Shown in pieces: positions 29,330-39,155 of a stretch of DNA of 64,000 bases (its first letter is position 1; the number at the start of each line of letters is the position of its first letter). The DNA lies in NCBI GenBank assembly GCA_048886525.1, contig JBHLKP010000001.1, forward strand, positions 16,751-80,750. The letters run 5' to 3'. The stretch comes from Candidatus Hodarchaeota archaeon. GTDB taxonomy: Archaea > Asgardarchaeota > Heimdallarchaeia > Hodarchaeales > Hodarchaeaceae. The notes below the pieces were generated by a model that worked only from the letters and a program-made list of their open reading frames with translations, was not told the DNA's origin and made no database searches. The position numbers and the translations under genes are program-made.

Positions 29330-30583
29330 TTAATCTAATTTAGAAATTAAATTCCTTCCTTTTGTTTCTTTCAAAAATTTATGAATAAATGATATACACG
29401 GCACTAGGCTGAGTGAGATTAACAGGAATGTGGCTCCTAATCCTATGAATGGTATTAACACCGCAGCAATAACATGCCCGAAAGTTATACCAACTGCGTA
29501 AAAAAGGTTTCTCCATCCATTACCAGTGCCTCTTCTTTCGGTGGGAAAATGTTCTAAACAGATTATTCGTGTAGATACATTCAACGCCCAAAATGAACCT
29601 GACACAATCATTGCACCGATTATTACAGATATTGTTGATTCTATCAAGACTAGAATAACACCAGCAGGTAATAATATAATGAATATTATTGAAGTATTCT
29701 TTCTTCCGATATAATCAAGCATTGCACCTGTTATTGCGTAACATGTGATAGCAGCTATTCCCATTAAAAATATTACTGTAGATACGAAATCTGGGTCATA
29801 CTCTCGATCTATCATCAAATATGTCTCACCTAGACTTAAAAAGATATAATTTACACCTAATACAAAGCCTAATCCCATTATAACCAAAAAATAATGTTTT
29901 GATTCTTTCTCAAGAAATGGCTTGATAAGATCTTTGCTAGATGTTCGTTCAAGGGTTGAAGAGTGCGTATTGGTGTGTTTTTCGGTATTTTTCTCCTTAA
30001 GTCTCTCAAAAGCTTGTGTTTCTTTCATAAATAAAGTTAAGAATGCCGTAGGTATTGCAAGTACCCCAAACCAAGTCATAGCTCGCCATCCGTAATTTTC
30101 AACAAAGGCCGATCGTAATATGGGAATGATTAATGTAGCTACTGCCCCTACTATCAAAATTAGATTAATAATTTTCCCTCTATGCTTTTCACTCTCTTCT
30201 GCTATAACTATTGCCCAAATATCAGAGCTAAACCAGATAAATAACAAAAACAGATAAAGGGTGAATTCTATTGATGTTTGACAAAAATTCAATAGAAATG
30301 AAGTAAATCCCATCCCAAACAGCACTACGAAGATCATTGGTTTTCTTCCTAATTTATCTGCAAGTACTTGGTTGAAAAACACAAAGTACGTCCCTATTGA
30401 GGCAATAGCTATAAAGAATGAATACAAAGATTGATCTCCCAAAAATAAATCATCTATTACATATGAACTGATTGTTGGCCAGAAAAGGGTTGTATAAGTG
30501 TCGAAAAATTCATTGCACATAAGAAATATTATTAGGAAAAGGAAGTACATTGAGGTATAATTGTTTTTCTGCATTTTTTCCAC
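29330..30583 (-). CDS. MFS transporter
   Basis: About 12 TM segments in two halves split by a charged loop. MFS motif A 'LADKLGRKP'. Confidence 0.8.
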   Translation of the reverse strand: MEKMQKNNYTSMYFLFLIIFLMCNEFFDTYTTLFWPTISSYVIDDLFLGDQSLYSFFIAIASIGTYFVFFNQVLADKLGRKPMIFVVLFGMGFTSFLLNFCQTSIEFTLYLFLLFIWFSSDIWAIVIAEESEKHRGKIINLILIVGAVATLIIPILRSAFVENYGWRAMTWFGVLAIPTAFLTLFMKETQAFERLKEKNTEKHTNTHSSTLERTSSKDLIKPFLEKESKHYFLVIMGLGFVLGVNYIFLSLGETYLMIDREYDPDFVSTVIFLMGIAAITCYAITGAMLDYIGRKNTSIIFIILLPAGVILVLIESTISVIIGAMIVSGSFWALNVSTRIICLEHFPTERRGTGNGWRNLFYAVGITFGHVIAAVLIPFIGLGATFLLISLSLVPCISFIHKFLKETKGRNLISKLD

Positions 30584-30954
30584 AAAATTACATCCTAGGG
30601 ATTATTTTTTTGATTTTATTAAAGTATTTATTGGTCTATGAGAATTTAACATTAGAAGCCATCTACATTTTATGAATTTATCAAAGTTATTTCTCTCAAA
30701 CTTAAAAACTGGTATTAAGATGGATTAGGATCCTTTCCAAGTATTTTAACCTTTTCTGAGAAATCCTTCAAAGCTCTTATTGCCACAATTAATCACTTTG
30801 TTGTCAATATTTCTACGATTCAAGCGTTTGTTATATTAAATTGGGTTGACAATTTTGAAATGGATCAATAAATTGATGAACTCAAACATAAAAGACATCC
30901 AAATCGTACAATCAACAAGAGTAAGTTATCTTAAACATCAAAGAGGAAAATGAT

Positions 30955-31725
30955 TTGGATCAAAGCGACTTTAAAATTATTAATATCACTCCTGAAACAG
31001 TAAGTAAATATGATTTATTCTGCTATAAATCAAAAAAAAAGGAACCAGGATACGAAAGAAAACTCAAATGGTTTTCTAAGCATTTTAAAGAGGGATTACG
31101 TATTAAATTACTCTTGGTAAGAGAAAAGAAAGGATTTACATCAAGAGGTTTCATTGAGTATATTCCTGGAGAATTTACATGGAGAGGGATTGAAGCAAAA
31201 GGGTATATGGTAATTCATTGTTTGTGGGTTGTGGGGAGAAATAAAGGAAAGGGTTATGGTACCAAACTTATTAATGAGTGTATCAATGATGCTCAAGAAA
31301 TGAATGGTGTTGCAGTTGTAACATCGGAAAAAACATGGTTGTCAAGTAAAAGCATTTTCATAAAGAATGGATTTAAAAAAGTGGGGACAGTTTTGTCAGA
31401 CTTTGACTTATTTGTCAAAAGATTTAATGAAAATGCCTCATTTCCAAAGTTCAAGATGCACCAACCAGTGTCAAACAAAGATTTAAATGGCTTTATTATA
31501 TATAAATCAGACCAATGTCCTTACACTTATGCTTCGATGAGAGAAATTGAAGAATATGCTATCGATAAGGGCATTTCTTTACAGATAAAAAGTATCACAA
31601 ATTCTAAAGAAGCCCAAGCTGTTCCTCATCCCTATGGAACCTATTGTATATTTTTAAATGGCAAATTATTATCTTATAGGCCTGTTGGTAAGAGATTTCT
31701 ATTAGAATTGGAACACAAGAGCTAG
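30955..31725 (+). CDS. GNAT N-acetyltransferase with YoaP-like C-terminal domain
   Basis: Acetyl-CoA motif 'VVGRNKGKGYGTKLINE'. The C-terminal 'YKSDQCPYTY...GTYCIFLNGKLLS' resembles the YoaP-type extension. TTG start. Confidence 0.65.
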   Translation: MDQSDFKIINITPETVSKYDLFCYKSKKKEPGYERKLKWFSKHFKEGLRIKLLLVREKKGFTSRGFIEYIPGEFTWRGIEAKGYMVIHCLWVVGRNKGKGYGTKLINECINDAQEMNGVAVVTSEKTWLSSKSIFIKNGFKKVGTVLSDFDLFVKRFNENASFPKFKMHQPVSNKDLNGFIIYKSDQCPYTYASMREIEEYAIDKGISLQIKSITNSKEAQAVPHPYGTYCIFLNGKLLSYRPVGKRFLLELEHKS

Positions 31726-31948
31726 AAGTATTCACTCTCAGCCAGTACTAATAAAACTCCCTTTTCTTTATTGAGAAAAATTATTAGTGCAAAGAGATTC
31801 ACGTAGAAGACGATTAAAACAAAAATCATTGAGTTAAAAAGTGTATCAATATATTCTTCTAATACCAAGATTGAGAGTATCGTTTTTCACAAACCAAATA
31901 TTTTCAGAGCCAGCTCCAAATGAGTTCTTTTATCCTATTAATACTAAT

Positions 31949-31973
31949 CCCTTATCCATGGTTTGGATGAGGG
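31949..31973. terminator. hairpin CCCTTATCCA-TGGTT-TGGATGAGGG between convergent genes
   Basis: 10-bp stem (one G-U pair) and 5-nt loop, between the GNAT gene (+, ends 31725) and the hydrolase gene (-, ends 32013). No strong oligo-T tract follows, so terminator function is uncertain. Confidence 0.2.
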
Positions 31974-32012
31974 TATAAGCTTGTTCAATTGTTTAAGTGG
32001 TGAAATTATTTC

Positions 32013-32930
32013 TTAAACAAAGAATATTGATGTCATAATCTCGTTAAAGTTGTTGATAAATACTGATAGATGACCCTCATCTTGATAAAATTTGGTTTTA
32101 CAGTTTGGGATTCGCTGGCTCATTTCTCGTGCCATTGAAATAGGAACATTTGTGTCTAATTCACCATGAAATAGGAAAACTTTTGTTTCACGTGGAATTT
32201 CTTCTAATTTAAATCCCCAAGGCGTAGCAAACAATTTGAAATCATGAGCGGGTCCTTTAGAACCTTGACAGAATGCCTCAATGGTTTTGATGATCATTCG
32301 GTTTAATACTAGTGGATTTAGAATCTCTTTGTCGGGAGTAGGAAGGCTTTCGTATATTTTTTGAAAATTGCTTTCCCACCATATTTTGTTTTCCGCTTTT
32401 GCATTTCGACCCATTAGAAACCACAATAAAAAATGAGATACCAAAGGGAAGTGTCGTGCTATAAAAAGCTGGTTTCTGCTGCGTGAATTCATACCAGTCT
32501 TATCAAATTCATAAGGACCTAATCCAGAAACAACAGCACAGCTGATAAGACGTTCAGCGGGGATTTTATAAGCACATGCGAGTGCGTATGGACCACCACC
32601 GCTTCCTCCCATTACTACAAATTTTTGTTCATCTAATCCTAGTTCTTCAGCTAATTCTAAGATATCATCAGGAAGATCGAGGATTCTACGATCAGGTTGA
32701 TAATCTGAAAGGCCCATGCCTGGACGATCAATGCAGATAAATCTTATGCCTAAATCTGTTGTTTTTTGTTCTTTACCAAAAGCAGCCTCTAAACGGCTTC
32801 CCAGATTTCCGTGAAAATAAAAAACTGGCTTTCCATGTGTATTTCCATATTCTGTGTACCCTAATCGGCGTCCGTTTGACAATAACATAACTCTAGAATC
32901 CATATTCTCTTCATTATTCATTTGAAACAT
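32013..32930 (-). CDS. alpha/beta-fold hydrolase
   Basis: 'FYFHGNLGSR' (oxyanion region), nucleophile elbow 'VVMGGSGGG', 'HGELDTNV', 'DEGHLS'. Confidence 0.8.
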   Translation of the reverse strand: MFQMNNEENMDSRVMLLSNGRRLGYTEYGNTHGKPVFYFHGNLGSRLEAAFGKEQKTTDLGIRFICIDRPGMGLSDYQPDRRILDLPDDILELAEELGLDEQKFVVMGGSGGGPYALACAYKIPAERLISCAVVSGLGPYEFDKTGMNSRSRNQLFIARHFPLVSHFLLWFLMGRNAKAENKIWWESNFQKIYESLPTPDKEILNPLVLNRMIIKTIEAFCQGSKGPAHDFKLFATPWGFKLEEIPRETKVFLFHGELDTNVPISMAREMSQRIPNCKTKFYQDEGHLSVFINNFNEIMTSIFFV

Positions 32931-33152
32931 TCCTTCAGGTAGTATTTCTTTTTTCTACAATTGAATGTCAATTCTTCAATTCAGAATTATCGTCATTTTA
33001 ATTTGCTTAACGTCTTAATTGACGGAATATTTTTTATTCTTCCCTTTTTTAAAATTGAGTTACTTAATCTTGAATTACAAAAGGACTACTTAACATATTA
33101 GCTGGATTTTTAGGCGTTATTTATTGATTAAATTGAGAAAAAGTGGTAGAAA

Positions 33153-34340
33153 ATGAAGATATTCAAAAATTTACGAATTATTGATGTATCACATTTCATT
33201 TCAGGGCCTTGGTCAACGTCTTTCTTTGCTCATCAAGGTGCTGATGTAATAAAGGTAGAACCTCCTCCTTTTGGGGATTCATTTAGGCTCTTTACCTTTT
33301 TTGATCAAGAAATATTTCCACTTTTTTCCATTTTGAATAATAATAAGCGTTCGATAACCCTAAATCTCCGAAAAGCCCAAGCGCAAGAAATTTTCAAAAA
33401 ATTAGTAGAAATTTCAGATGTTGTGGTTGATAACCTAGTTGTTGGAACGATGGAGAGATGGGGTTTGGGGTATGATAGTTTGCAGAAAATTAAACCTGAC
33501 ATTATCTATATGTCAATTAGTGGTTTTGGACGAACTGGGTTAGAGTCTTATATATCCAAACCATCATTCGATCTCATTACACAAGCCTCCAGCGGTGTAT
33601 TAAATGCCATGCATGTTAAAGAAGCACCTGGACTTCCTATCGCGGATTATAGTGCTGGGCATGTTGCTGCGATAGCGATTGCTTCTGCTTTATATCACCG
33701 AGAGCGAACAGGGGAAGGCCAGCTAATAGATCTCTCGATGCAGGATTTAATGTTTTCAATTAATATACGAGCACATGCAAGAGAATTTCTTTCACGAATA
33801 TCTAAGATTAGTGATGTGTCGAGAATTTTACCGATTTACAACCAATATCCTACAAAAGATGATCAAAAAATAGTTATTGTTGTACTTACTGAGCCCCAAT
33901 GGCAGAGATTCTGCGCATATGTACTAAAAAAGCCTGAAATGCTGGAAGATCCGCGTTTTGAGACTCCTATCTCACGTTTTGATTATATCGACGTGTTAGA
34001 TGAAATTGTTACAGAATATACGTTAAATAAAAATCAAAAAGAGGCTATTCGTGAACTTGAAAGTTATAGAATTCCCTGTAGTCAAGTACAGACGTTAGAC
34101 GATGTCCGAAGTCATCCACAATTAAATGCACGAGGATCTTTGAATAACAGTTTTGATTTTTCACGATATAATGTTCGGAAAGCAACTATGCCTAATCCAA
34201 TCATTCGATATAGTAAAACACCAGGGGAATTGACTTCTTCTGCTCCAGAACTTGGAATTCATACGAAAGAAATACTAAGCGAGTTATTGGGTTATAGTGA
34301 AGAAGAAGTGAAACAATTTGAAGATCAAAGAATAATTTAA
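33153..34340 (+). CDS. family III CoA-transferase (CaiB/BaiF/Frc-like)
   Basis: 'LRIIDVSHFISGPWSTSFFAHQGADVIKVEPP', 'ISGFGRTG', 'PIADYSAGH'. Confidence 0.9.
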   Translation: MKIFKNLRIIDVSHFISGPWSTSFFAHQGADVIKVEPPPFGDSFRLFTFFDQEIFPLFSILNNNKRSITLNLRKAQAQEIFKKLVEISDVVVDNLVVGTMERWGLGYDSLQKIKPDIIYMSISGFGRTGLESYISKPSFDLITQASSGVLNAMHVKEAPGLPIADYSAGHVAAIAIASALYHRERTGEGQLIDLSMQDLMFSINIRAHAREFLSRISKISDVSRILPIYNQYPTKDDQKIVIVVLTEPQWQRFCAYVLKKPEMLEDPRFETPISRFDYIDVLDEIVTEYTLNKNQKEAIRELESYRIPCSQVQTLDDVRSHPQLNARGSLNNSFDFSRYNVRKATMPNPIIRYSKTPGELTSSAPELGIHTKEILSELLGYSEEEVKQFEDQRII

Positions 34341-34490
34341 ATTCTAATAATTACTTAATAATTACATTCAAAAAGAATTAGGAGATTTTTCAATTTATGT
34401 ATGATCTTAACACTGGGTATATAAACCAAGATTGACATAGATCGGTTAAATTATGTATTATTTTTAAATTAAAGGAAATTGGTTCGGTTA

Positions 34491-35495
34491 ATGGGATTTA
34501 AGGATCTTGAAAACTGTAAATTGTGTGCTTGGGGATGTGGAGTCGACCGATTAACAGGAGAGCAAGGAGTTTGTATGATGGGCCTCCCCGAAGTGGCAAG
34601 TTGTCAATTACACCCAGCTCCCCCGCAATCATACACAATTTTCACAGCAGGTTGTAATTTTCGTTGTCTTAATTGTCAAAATTGGCAGATTGCGCATTAT
34701 CCTTGTATTAAAATACCAGTCCAAGGACTACTGGATCCAGGTACAATTGCTCATAATGGAGTAAAAGCAATACATTCCTTCGGTGGGCAATTAATTGGAG
34801 CAGACCGAATATTTTTTAGTGGAGGATCGCCTACAGTTTCACTTCCTTGGATTGAAGATGTAGTTGCTCAGGTTAAGCTCCTTGATCCTGAAATTAAGGT
34901 AAATTTTGATACAAATGGATTTCCATCTCAGAAAAGTTTTCAGCGTATTTTATCTTTCTCGGATTCAATTACATTTGACTTTAAAGCATTCAACGATGAA
35001 GTTCATAGATCATTAACAGGAGCTCCTGTTGAACCTGTATTACGTAATGCCGAAGTAATGGCCAAAAATTTTGACCGATTATGGGAATTTCGCGTTCTTA
35101 TTATTCCATCAATAGTAGATCTTCCAGAGATTCAAGCGATAATTGAGTTCCTAGTAGATTTGAACGAAAGTTTACCTATTTGCTTTCTAGCTTTTCGTCC
35201 TAATTACTGTCTAGAATCTCTGCCTGGAGCTTCTAGAAAATTAATGGAAGAGGCAGTTATCCTAGCACAAAAACATGGAATGTCATCAGTTAAATGGTCT
35301 GGTTTTACAGATATTCCTGGTAAAATTATCAAACCTCCTACTAGTCATTCTAAGGTATTTCACCATGAACAAGCTGCAATAGCAGCTCACTACTCACAAT
35401 TAGCTGGTTGTAGACGTACTAAACGTATGTGTGGAAAGTGTGAATTTCAAAACTCATGTAAATTAAAGCCATATTTACCTACTCGAAGTAGATAG
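34491..35495 (+). CDS. radical SAM enzyme, PflA/AmmeMemoRadiSam-type activase-like
   Basis: N-terminal Cys motif 'CKLCAWGCGVDRLTGEQGVC' then 'AGCNFRCLNCQNWQI' (CxxxCxxC). The track ORF opens at TTG 34479; the ATG at 34491 is preferred. Confidence 0.85.
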   Translation: MGFKDLENCKLCAWGCGVDRLTGEQGVCMMGLPEVASCQLHPAPPQSYTIFTAGCNFRCLNCQNWQIAHYPCIKIPVQGLLDPGTIAHNGVKAIHSFGGQLIGADRIFFSGGSPTVSLPWIEDVVAQVKLLDPEIKVNFDTNGFPSQKSFQRILSFSDSITFDFKAFNDEVHRSLTGAPVEPVLRNAEVMAKNFDRLWEFRVLIIPSIVDLPEIQAIIEFLVDLNESLPICFLAFRPNYCLESLPGASRKLMEEAVILAQKHGMSSVKWSGFTDIPGKIIKPPTSHSKVFHHEQAAIAAHYSQLAGCRRTKRMCGKCEFQNSCKLKPYLPTRSR

Positions 35496-35563
35496 AAAAG
35501 TATGATTAAAACCAAGAACAGACCTTACAAGTAAGAACAAATCCTTGGAATGATTTATTCGCA

Positions 35564-36352
35564 TTAAACAGTTATTGGTGACAGAAATGGGTCAAAAATT
35601 CCCGATGGAGAAACAATTAACATCTGTTGTCTATTTAATCTTTGATATTGCTTATATAACTCGTTTCGTATATTATCAGTTACAGGAAGACAATTTAAGA
35701 TTCCTTTCACTTCCTCACCGAGTATTCCTGGAAAAAGCACCAATATCCCGAATAATTGCCGTGCTGGTGAGGTGAGAGAGGCGTAATGGTCAAGAGAAAG
35801 CTTAAATCGTAGTCCGAATTCTTCACCCCATAGCCCAATAATTCTGAAATGTTCAAATAACTGTGGTTCCACAGCAGTTAGGTTTTTATCAAACCAGACC
35901 ATAAAGTAGGGGACTATAGGAACTTTCTTTTGAAAGAAAAAATTTCTAATATGTAAACTCAGCATTTTCCAATACTTAAGTCGCAATCTAGGAGAAATTC
36001 CTTCAACAGATATAATTGCACGTGGATTTTCCTCAAACAAGTCAATAAGAATCTCACTATCTATACTTCCGTCTAAAATGGCTTTTTGACTCACGTTATA
36101 TAAGGAACTTCCAGTTTTTAGAAGGGATTGTGTTAAATCTGAAAGACCATTAACAATATATAGACAGAATTTAAATTGTTTGACTATAAGACGATTGAAC
36201 ATTGTAGGAACAGTTGTTATCCTCCTGTAATCTCCCAATAACAATAAACTACTTTGTGGATATGAGAAATTGATTCTCTCTGCAATATCCGAGGTGGGGA
36301 TAATTGTTTTTGAACTAGATGGTCTAAGGATAAAATTATTTCTTTCTTTCAT
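35564..36352 (-). CDS. hypothetical protein, possibly a degenerate KaiC/RecA-superfamily ATPase fold
   Basis: 'IIPTSDIAERINFSYPQSSLLLLGDYRRITTV' is colinear with the KaiC/RadA-like 'GIpgLDellgGGlp.Gs..Li.G.pGtGKTt', but the P-loop is lost. 'AIISVEGIS' sits at the Walker B position. Weak, by-eye only. Confidence 0.3.
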   Translation of the reverse strand: MKERNNFILRPSSSKTIIPTSDIAERINFSYPQSSLLLLGDYRRITTVPTMFNRLIVKQFKFCLYIVNGLSDLTQSLLKTGSSLYNVSQKAILDGSIDSEILIDLFEENPRAIISVEGISPRLRLKYWKMLSLHIRNFFFQKKVPIVPYFMVWFDKNLTAVEPQLFEHFRIIGLWGEEFGLRFKLSLDHYASLTSPARQLFGILVLFPGILGEEVKGILNCLPVTDNIRNELYKQYQRLNRQQMLIVSPSGIFDPFLSPITV

Positions 36353-36635
36353 CTTGAACTCCGATTTAACATGATTTTCAGTTTCGATAGATGAAAAATA
36401 AATGTAATGACAAGAATATCTGACTATTGATTGATATTTAAGAGGATTAAAGGAGAACTGCGATTCTAAGGTATATTTTCAAACATTTTGAAATATGTCG
36501 GAAGATCTTATGATTCTTTCTTCAGATTACCATGTAAACTGAGTTTTAAAGATATTATTGAAGTTTAATTGCATTTCATTTATATTTCAGGTATAGATAA
36601 TTTACAAGGAAAACATAAATGTTTATCTGAGGAAT

Positions 36636-36666
36636 TTCTCCGGAATTCTAGATAAATTCTCCGGAA
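36636..36666. promoter_or_regulatory. two direct copies of TTCTCCGGAA (core palindrome TCCGGA), 21 bp start-to-start
   Basis: Copies at 36636-36645 and 36657-36666, 80-110 bp upstream of the PflX-like radical SAM start (36746). They lie in the divergent intergenic region shared with 35564-36352. Confidence 0.3.
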
Positions 36667-36745
36667 ATAATAACGAATCATTAACGAAATTATATTCTAA
36701 TTAAGCAAAATGATTATATCATATTACCTATTCAATTAACTAACG

Positions 36746-37870
36746 ATGTGGAGAACTAGACCCGATCATTATTCTGTATGGAAAATTCCTGAAGTTAATA
36801 CTAGACTGAATCGTTATTATCATATAATGAATGATGAAAAAATATCGCGCTATCTCTTAGCAAAAGCCCAACCAGTAGATATCGATTTGAGTACGGAACT
36901 TTCTGATCTTTGGTTAGAACATGACCGTCTAACTGAAGAGTTTCGTCAGTTTATCTATGATTATGACCAATGTTCTCAAGTAGCTGTCATACCTCAAGCA
37001 GTAGAACCGTCCTATCTTGATTTAAAGGTTCAAATTGCTGATGAAATATTAAAACAGTGTCGTTTTTGTGAAAGACGGTGTGAGATAGACCGAAGTAATA
37101 ATAAGCTCGGAGTATGTAAAGTAGGAAAAAATGCAGTTGTCAGTTCTGCTTTTTTACATACAGGCGAGGAAACTGTTCTTGTTCCTTCTGGAACAATATT
37201 TTTCTCTGGTTGTACTTTTAAATGTGTTTTTTGTCAAAATAGCTCTATTAGTCAAAAGTGGAGAGATCCTAAGAGTAATATTATTCGTGATGGAGTCGAG
37301 CGGACTCCTAAACAAATCGCCGGTATCGCTGGTGGTTTGACCCGAGAAGGCGCCCGTAACATTAATTGGGTAGGTGGAGATCCTACCTCCAATCTTCACG
37401 TTATTCTCCATGTTTTACAGCACTTCGAGCTAAATATCTGCCAGTTATGGAATTCTAACATGTTTCTAAGTTTAGAAGGAATGAAATTAATACTAGATAT
37501 TATGGATTTCTGGTTACCTGATCTTAAATATGCTGATGATGAATTTGCTAAACGGATGTCAAAAATTTCCGATTATTGGGCTGTAACTACTCGGAATATA
37601 AAATTGGCTCACGATAGGGGATCAGGAGAGATGATCATTAGACATCTAGTGATGCCTGGTCGTGTAGAGTTCGATACATATCCAATTTTAGAGTGGTGTG
37701 CAATTAATGTACCGAAGGCCTTAGTTAATGTAATGGGACAATACCACCCATCACACCGAGTATCTCGTAAGACTTATCCCGATATCAACCGTAGGATAAC
37801 GTATGATGAATTAACTAAAGCTCGTGATAAAGCAAGTGAATTGAAAATCCTTTGGCGTCCAGTATCTTGA
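36746..37870 (+). CDS. radical SAM enzyme, PflX-like (COG1313-type)
   Basis: 'CRFCERRCEIDRSNNKLGVC' then 'SGCTFKCVFCQNSSIS', followed by 'INWVGGDPT'. Confidence 0.85.
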   Translation: MWRTRPDHYSVWKIPEVNTRLNRYYHIMNDEKISRYLLAKAQPVDIDLSTELSDLWLEHDRLTEEFRQFIYDYDQCSQVAVIPQAVEPSYLDLKVQIADEILKQCRFCERRCEIDRSNNKLGVCKVGKNAVVSSAFLHTGEETVLVPSGTIFFSGCTFKCVFCQNSSISQKWRDPKSNIIRDGVERTPKQIAGIAGGLTREGARNINWVGGDPTSNLHVILHVLQHFELNICQLWNSNMFLSLEGMKLILDIMDFWLPDLKYADDEFAKRMSKISDYWAVTTRNIKLAHDRGSGEMIIRHLVMPGRVEFDTYPILEWCAINVPKALVNVMGQYHPSHRVSRKTYPDINRRITYDELTKARDKASELKILWRPVS

Positions 37871-37974
37871 ATAATCAAACGACAAACGAAAACCTAACCA
37901 AATGTTAATTTTCTTTTCTCTTTATTTTTCCACCTCAATTTGATTAAATCCCACGAAATATAGAATCAAAGAGG

Positions 37975-38220
37975 ATGAAAGTAAATTTCTCACTAAAATT
38001 AATTCGCATAAGAAATATAAGGTTTGATTGCGGCAAAAGATCCTTAGACAAATATAGATATGTAATGGACCTACCTTTGCCATCTTTTAACAAAAATACT
38101 TCTATTGATCTCATTGAAAAGATTCTTCAAGATATACTTGCAATTTTGAACACAGGGGACAAAGGAAAACTTGTAGGGATCATCACAAGATCTGATATTC
38201 TGGAACAATTTTCATATTAG
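37975..38220 (+). CDS. single CBS-domain fragment (possible gene remnant)
   Basis: The C-terminus 'GKLVGIITRSDILEQF' is a CBS beta-strand/helix signature. Only one incomplete CBS unit is present and the N-terminal 40 aa are low-complexity. Confidence 0.3.
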   Translation: MKVNFSLKLIRIRNIRFDCGKRSLDKYRYVMDLPLPSFNKNTSIDLIEKILQDILAILNTGDKGKLVGIITRSDILEQFSY

Positions 38221-38234
38221 TTTTTAAAGTATTT

Positions 38235-38804
38235 TTAGAATTTTGCTAGAGATTTCTTATCTAATATCTTATGAATTTCTATATAGTTGCTTATTATAAA
38301 TCGGATAATAGTTTCAAAACCTTCTGCATTTTCAGTAAGCCCAAAATAACCAACTTGAGGGATATCTTCTAAAACTTCTGGCTCACCAATATTTGAAACG
38401 AGTGGTTCATCTTGTTCTAATAATTCTACAAAAGCAATAGGAATAGGGAATTCTTTATTTTCTTTCTGTAGTTTTCGATAGAATGTTTTTGCTGCTTTAA
38501 ACGAATGCTCATTATTTTTCGAAAAAAGAATCATTGCACCTTCTTTTTCGTTATAATAAGTTTTTTCTAGCTTATCAATTAAATGTGGACTAATAGGCCT
38601 TATCAAATTTATTAGAATGCTCATTTGATCATATTCGAAGTGAAGTGGGATAATTTCTAGCGATGTACTCACATTCTCCTTAGTAACTTGATCAGGATAT
38701 TTTTGTACAAAAGATTGAATAATATGATCTACAGGTTTATCTGAAAAACTAAGAATGGCGATATTAAAAATTGTACTACTAGTGATTCTTTTATCAGACA
38801 TCAT
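38235..38804 (-). CDS. Ras/Rab-like pseudoGTPase (G motifs degenerate), tentative
   Basis: Colinear with the Ras fold: 'FNIAILSFSDKPVDHIIQSF' (G1 site), 'ILINLIRPIS' (G3 DxxGQ site), 'GAMILFSKNNEHSFKAAKTFYRKL' (conserved post-switch II block), 'IPIAFVELLEQ' (G4 NKxD site), 'YFGLTENAEGFE' (G5 SAK site). Confidence 0.45.
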   Translation of the reverse strand: MMSDKRITSSTIFNIAILSFSDKPVDHIIQSFVQKYPDQVTKENVSTSLEIIPLHFEYDQMSILINLIRPISPHLIDKLEKTYYNEKEGAMILFSKNNEHSFKAAKTFYRKLQKENKEFPIPIAFVELLEQDEPLVSNIGEPEVLEDIPQVGYFGLTENAEGFETIIRFIISNYIEIHKILDKKSLAKF

Positions 38805-39132
38805 TGGTTCCTCTTTAACTCATTTAAAGTTCCAAGATTAAAATATGAGCTTCTAACTCTAGCTTTATTCCATAAACATCATGCGTTTTTTAAGAGCTAT
38901 TCTTTAACTTTTCTTTTTAGCTTTTCAGACATGTTGCTAGATTATCAAATTCTTGTTAATCAAATATCAATGATCCTCTTTATACCATTTATACTCAATT
39001 TTATGGGTACACTTGGATCTATATTTTCCCATTAGTCATCATTAATGCTGGTCGGATTATTGAGAGAGATAATGACAATAAAACTCTTGATCTTATTTTA
39101 AGTGCTACTATTGAGCTTAAAAGAATAATATA

Positions 39133-39155
39133 AGCTAGGGCTTATAGCCCTAGCT
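39133..39155. promoter_or_regulatory. perfect 10-bp inverted repeat AGCTAGGGCT-TAT-AGCCCTAGCT
   Basis: A G+C-richer palindrome in the 519-bp AT-rich divergent intergenic region, about 170 bp upstream of the YeeE/YedE start. It could be a dimeric-regulator operator or an RNA hairpin. Confidence 0.3.
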
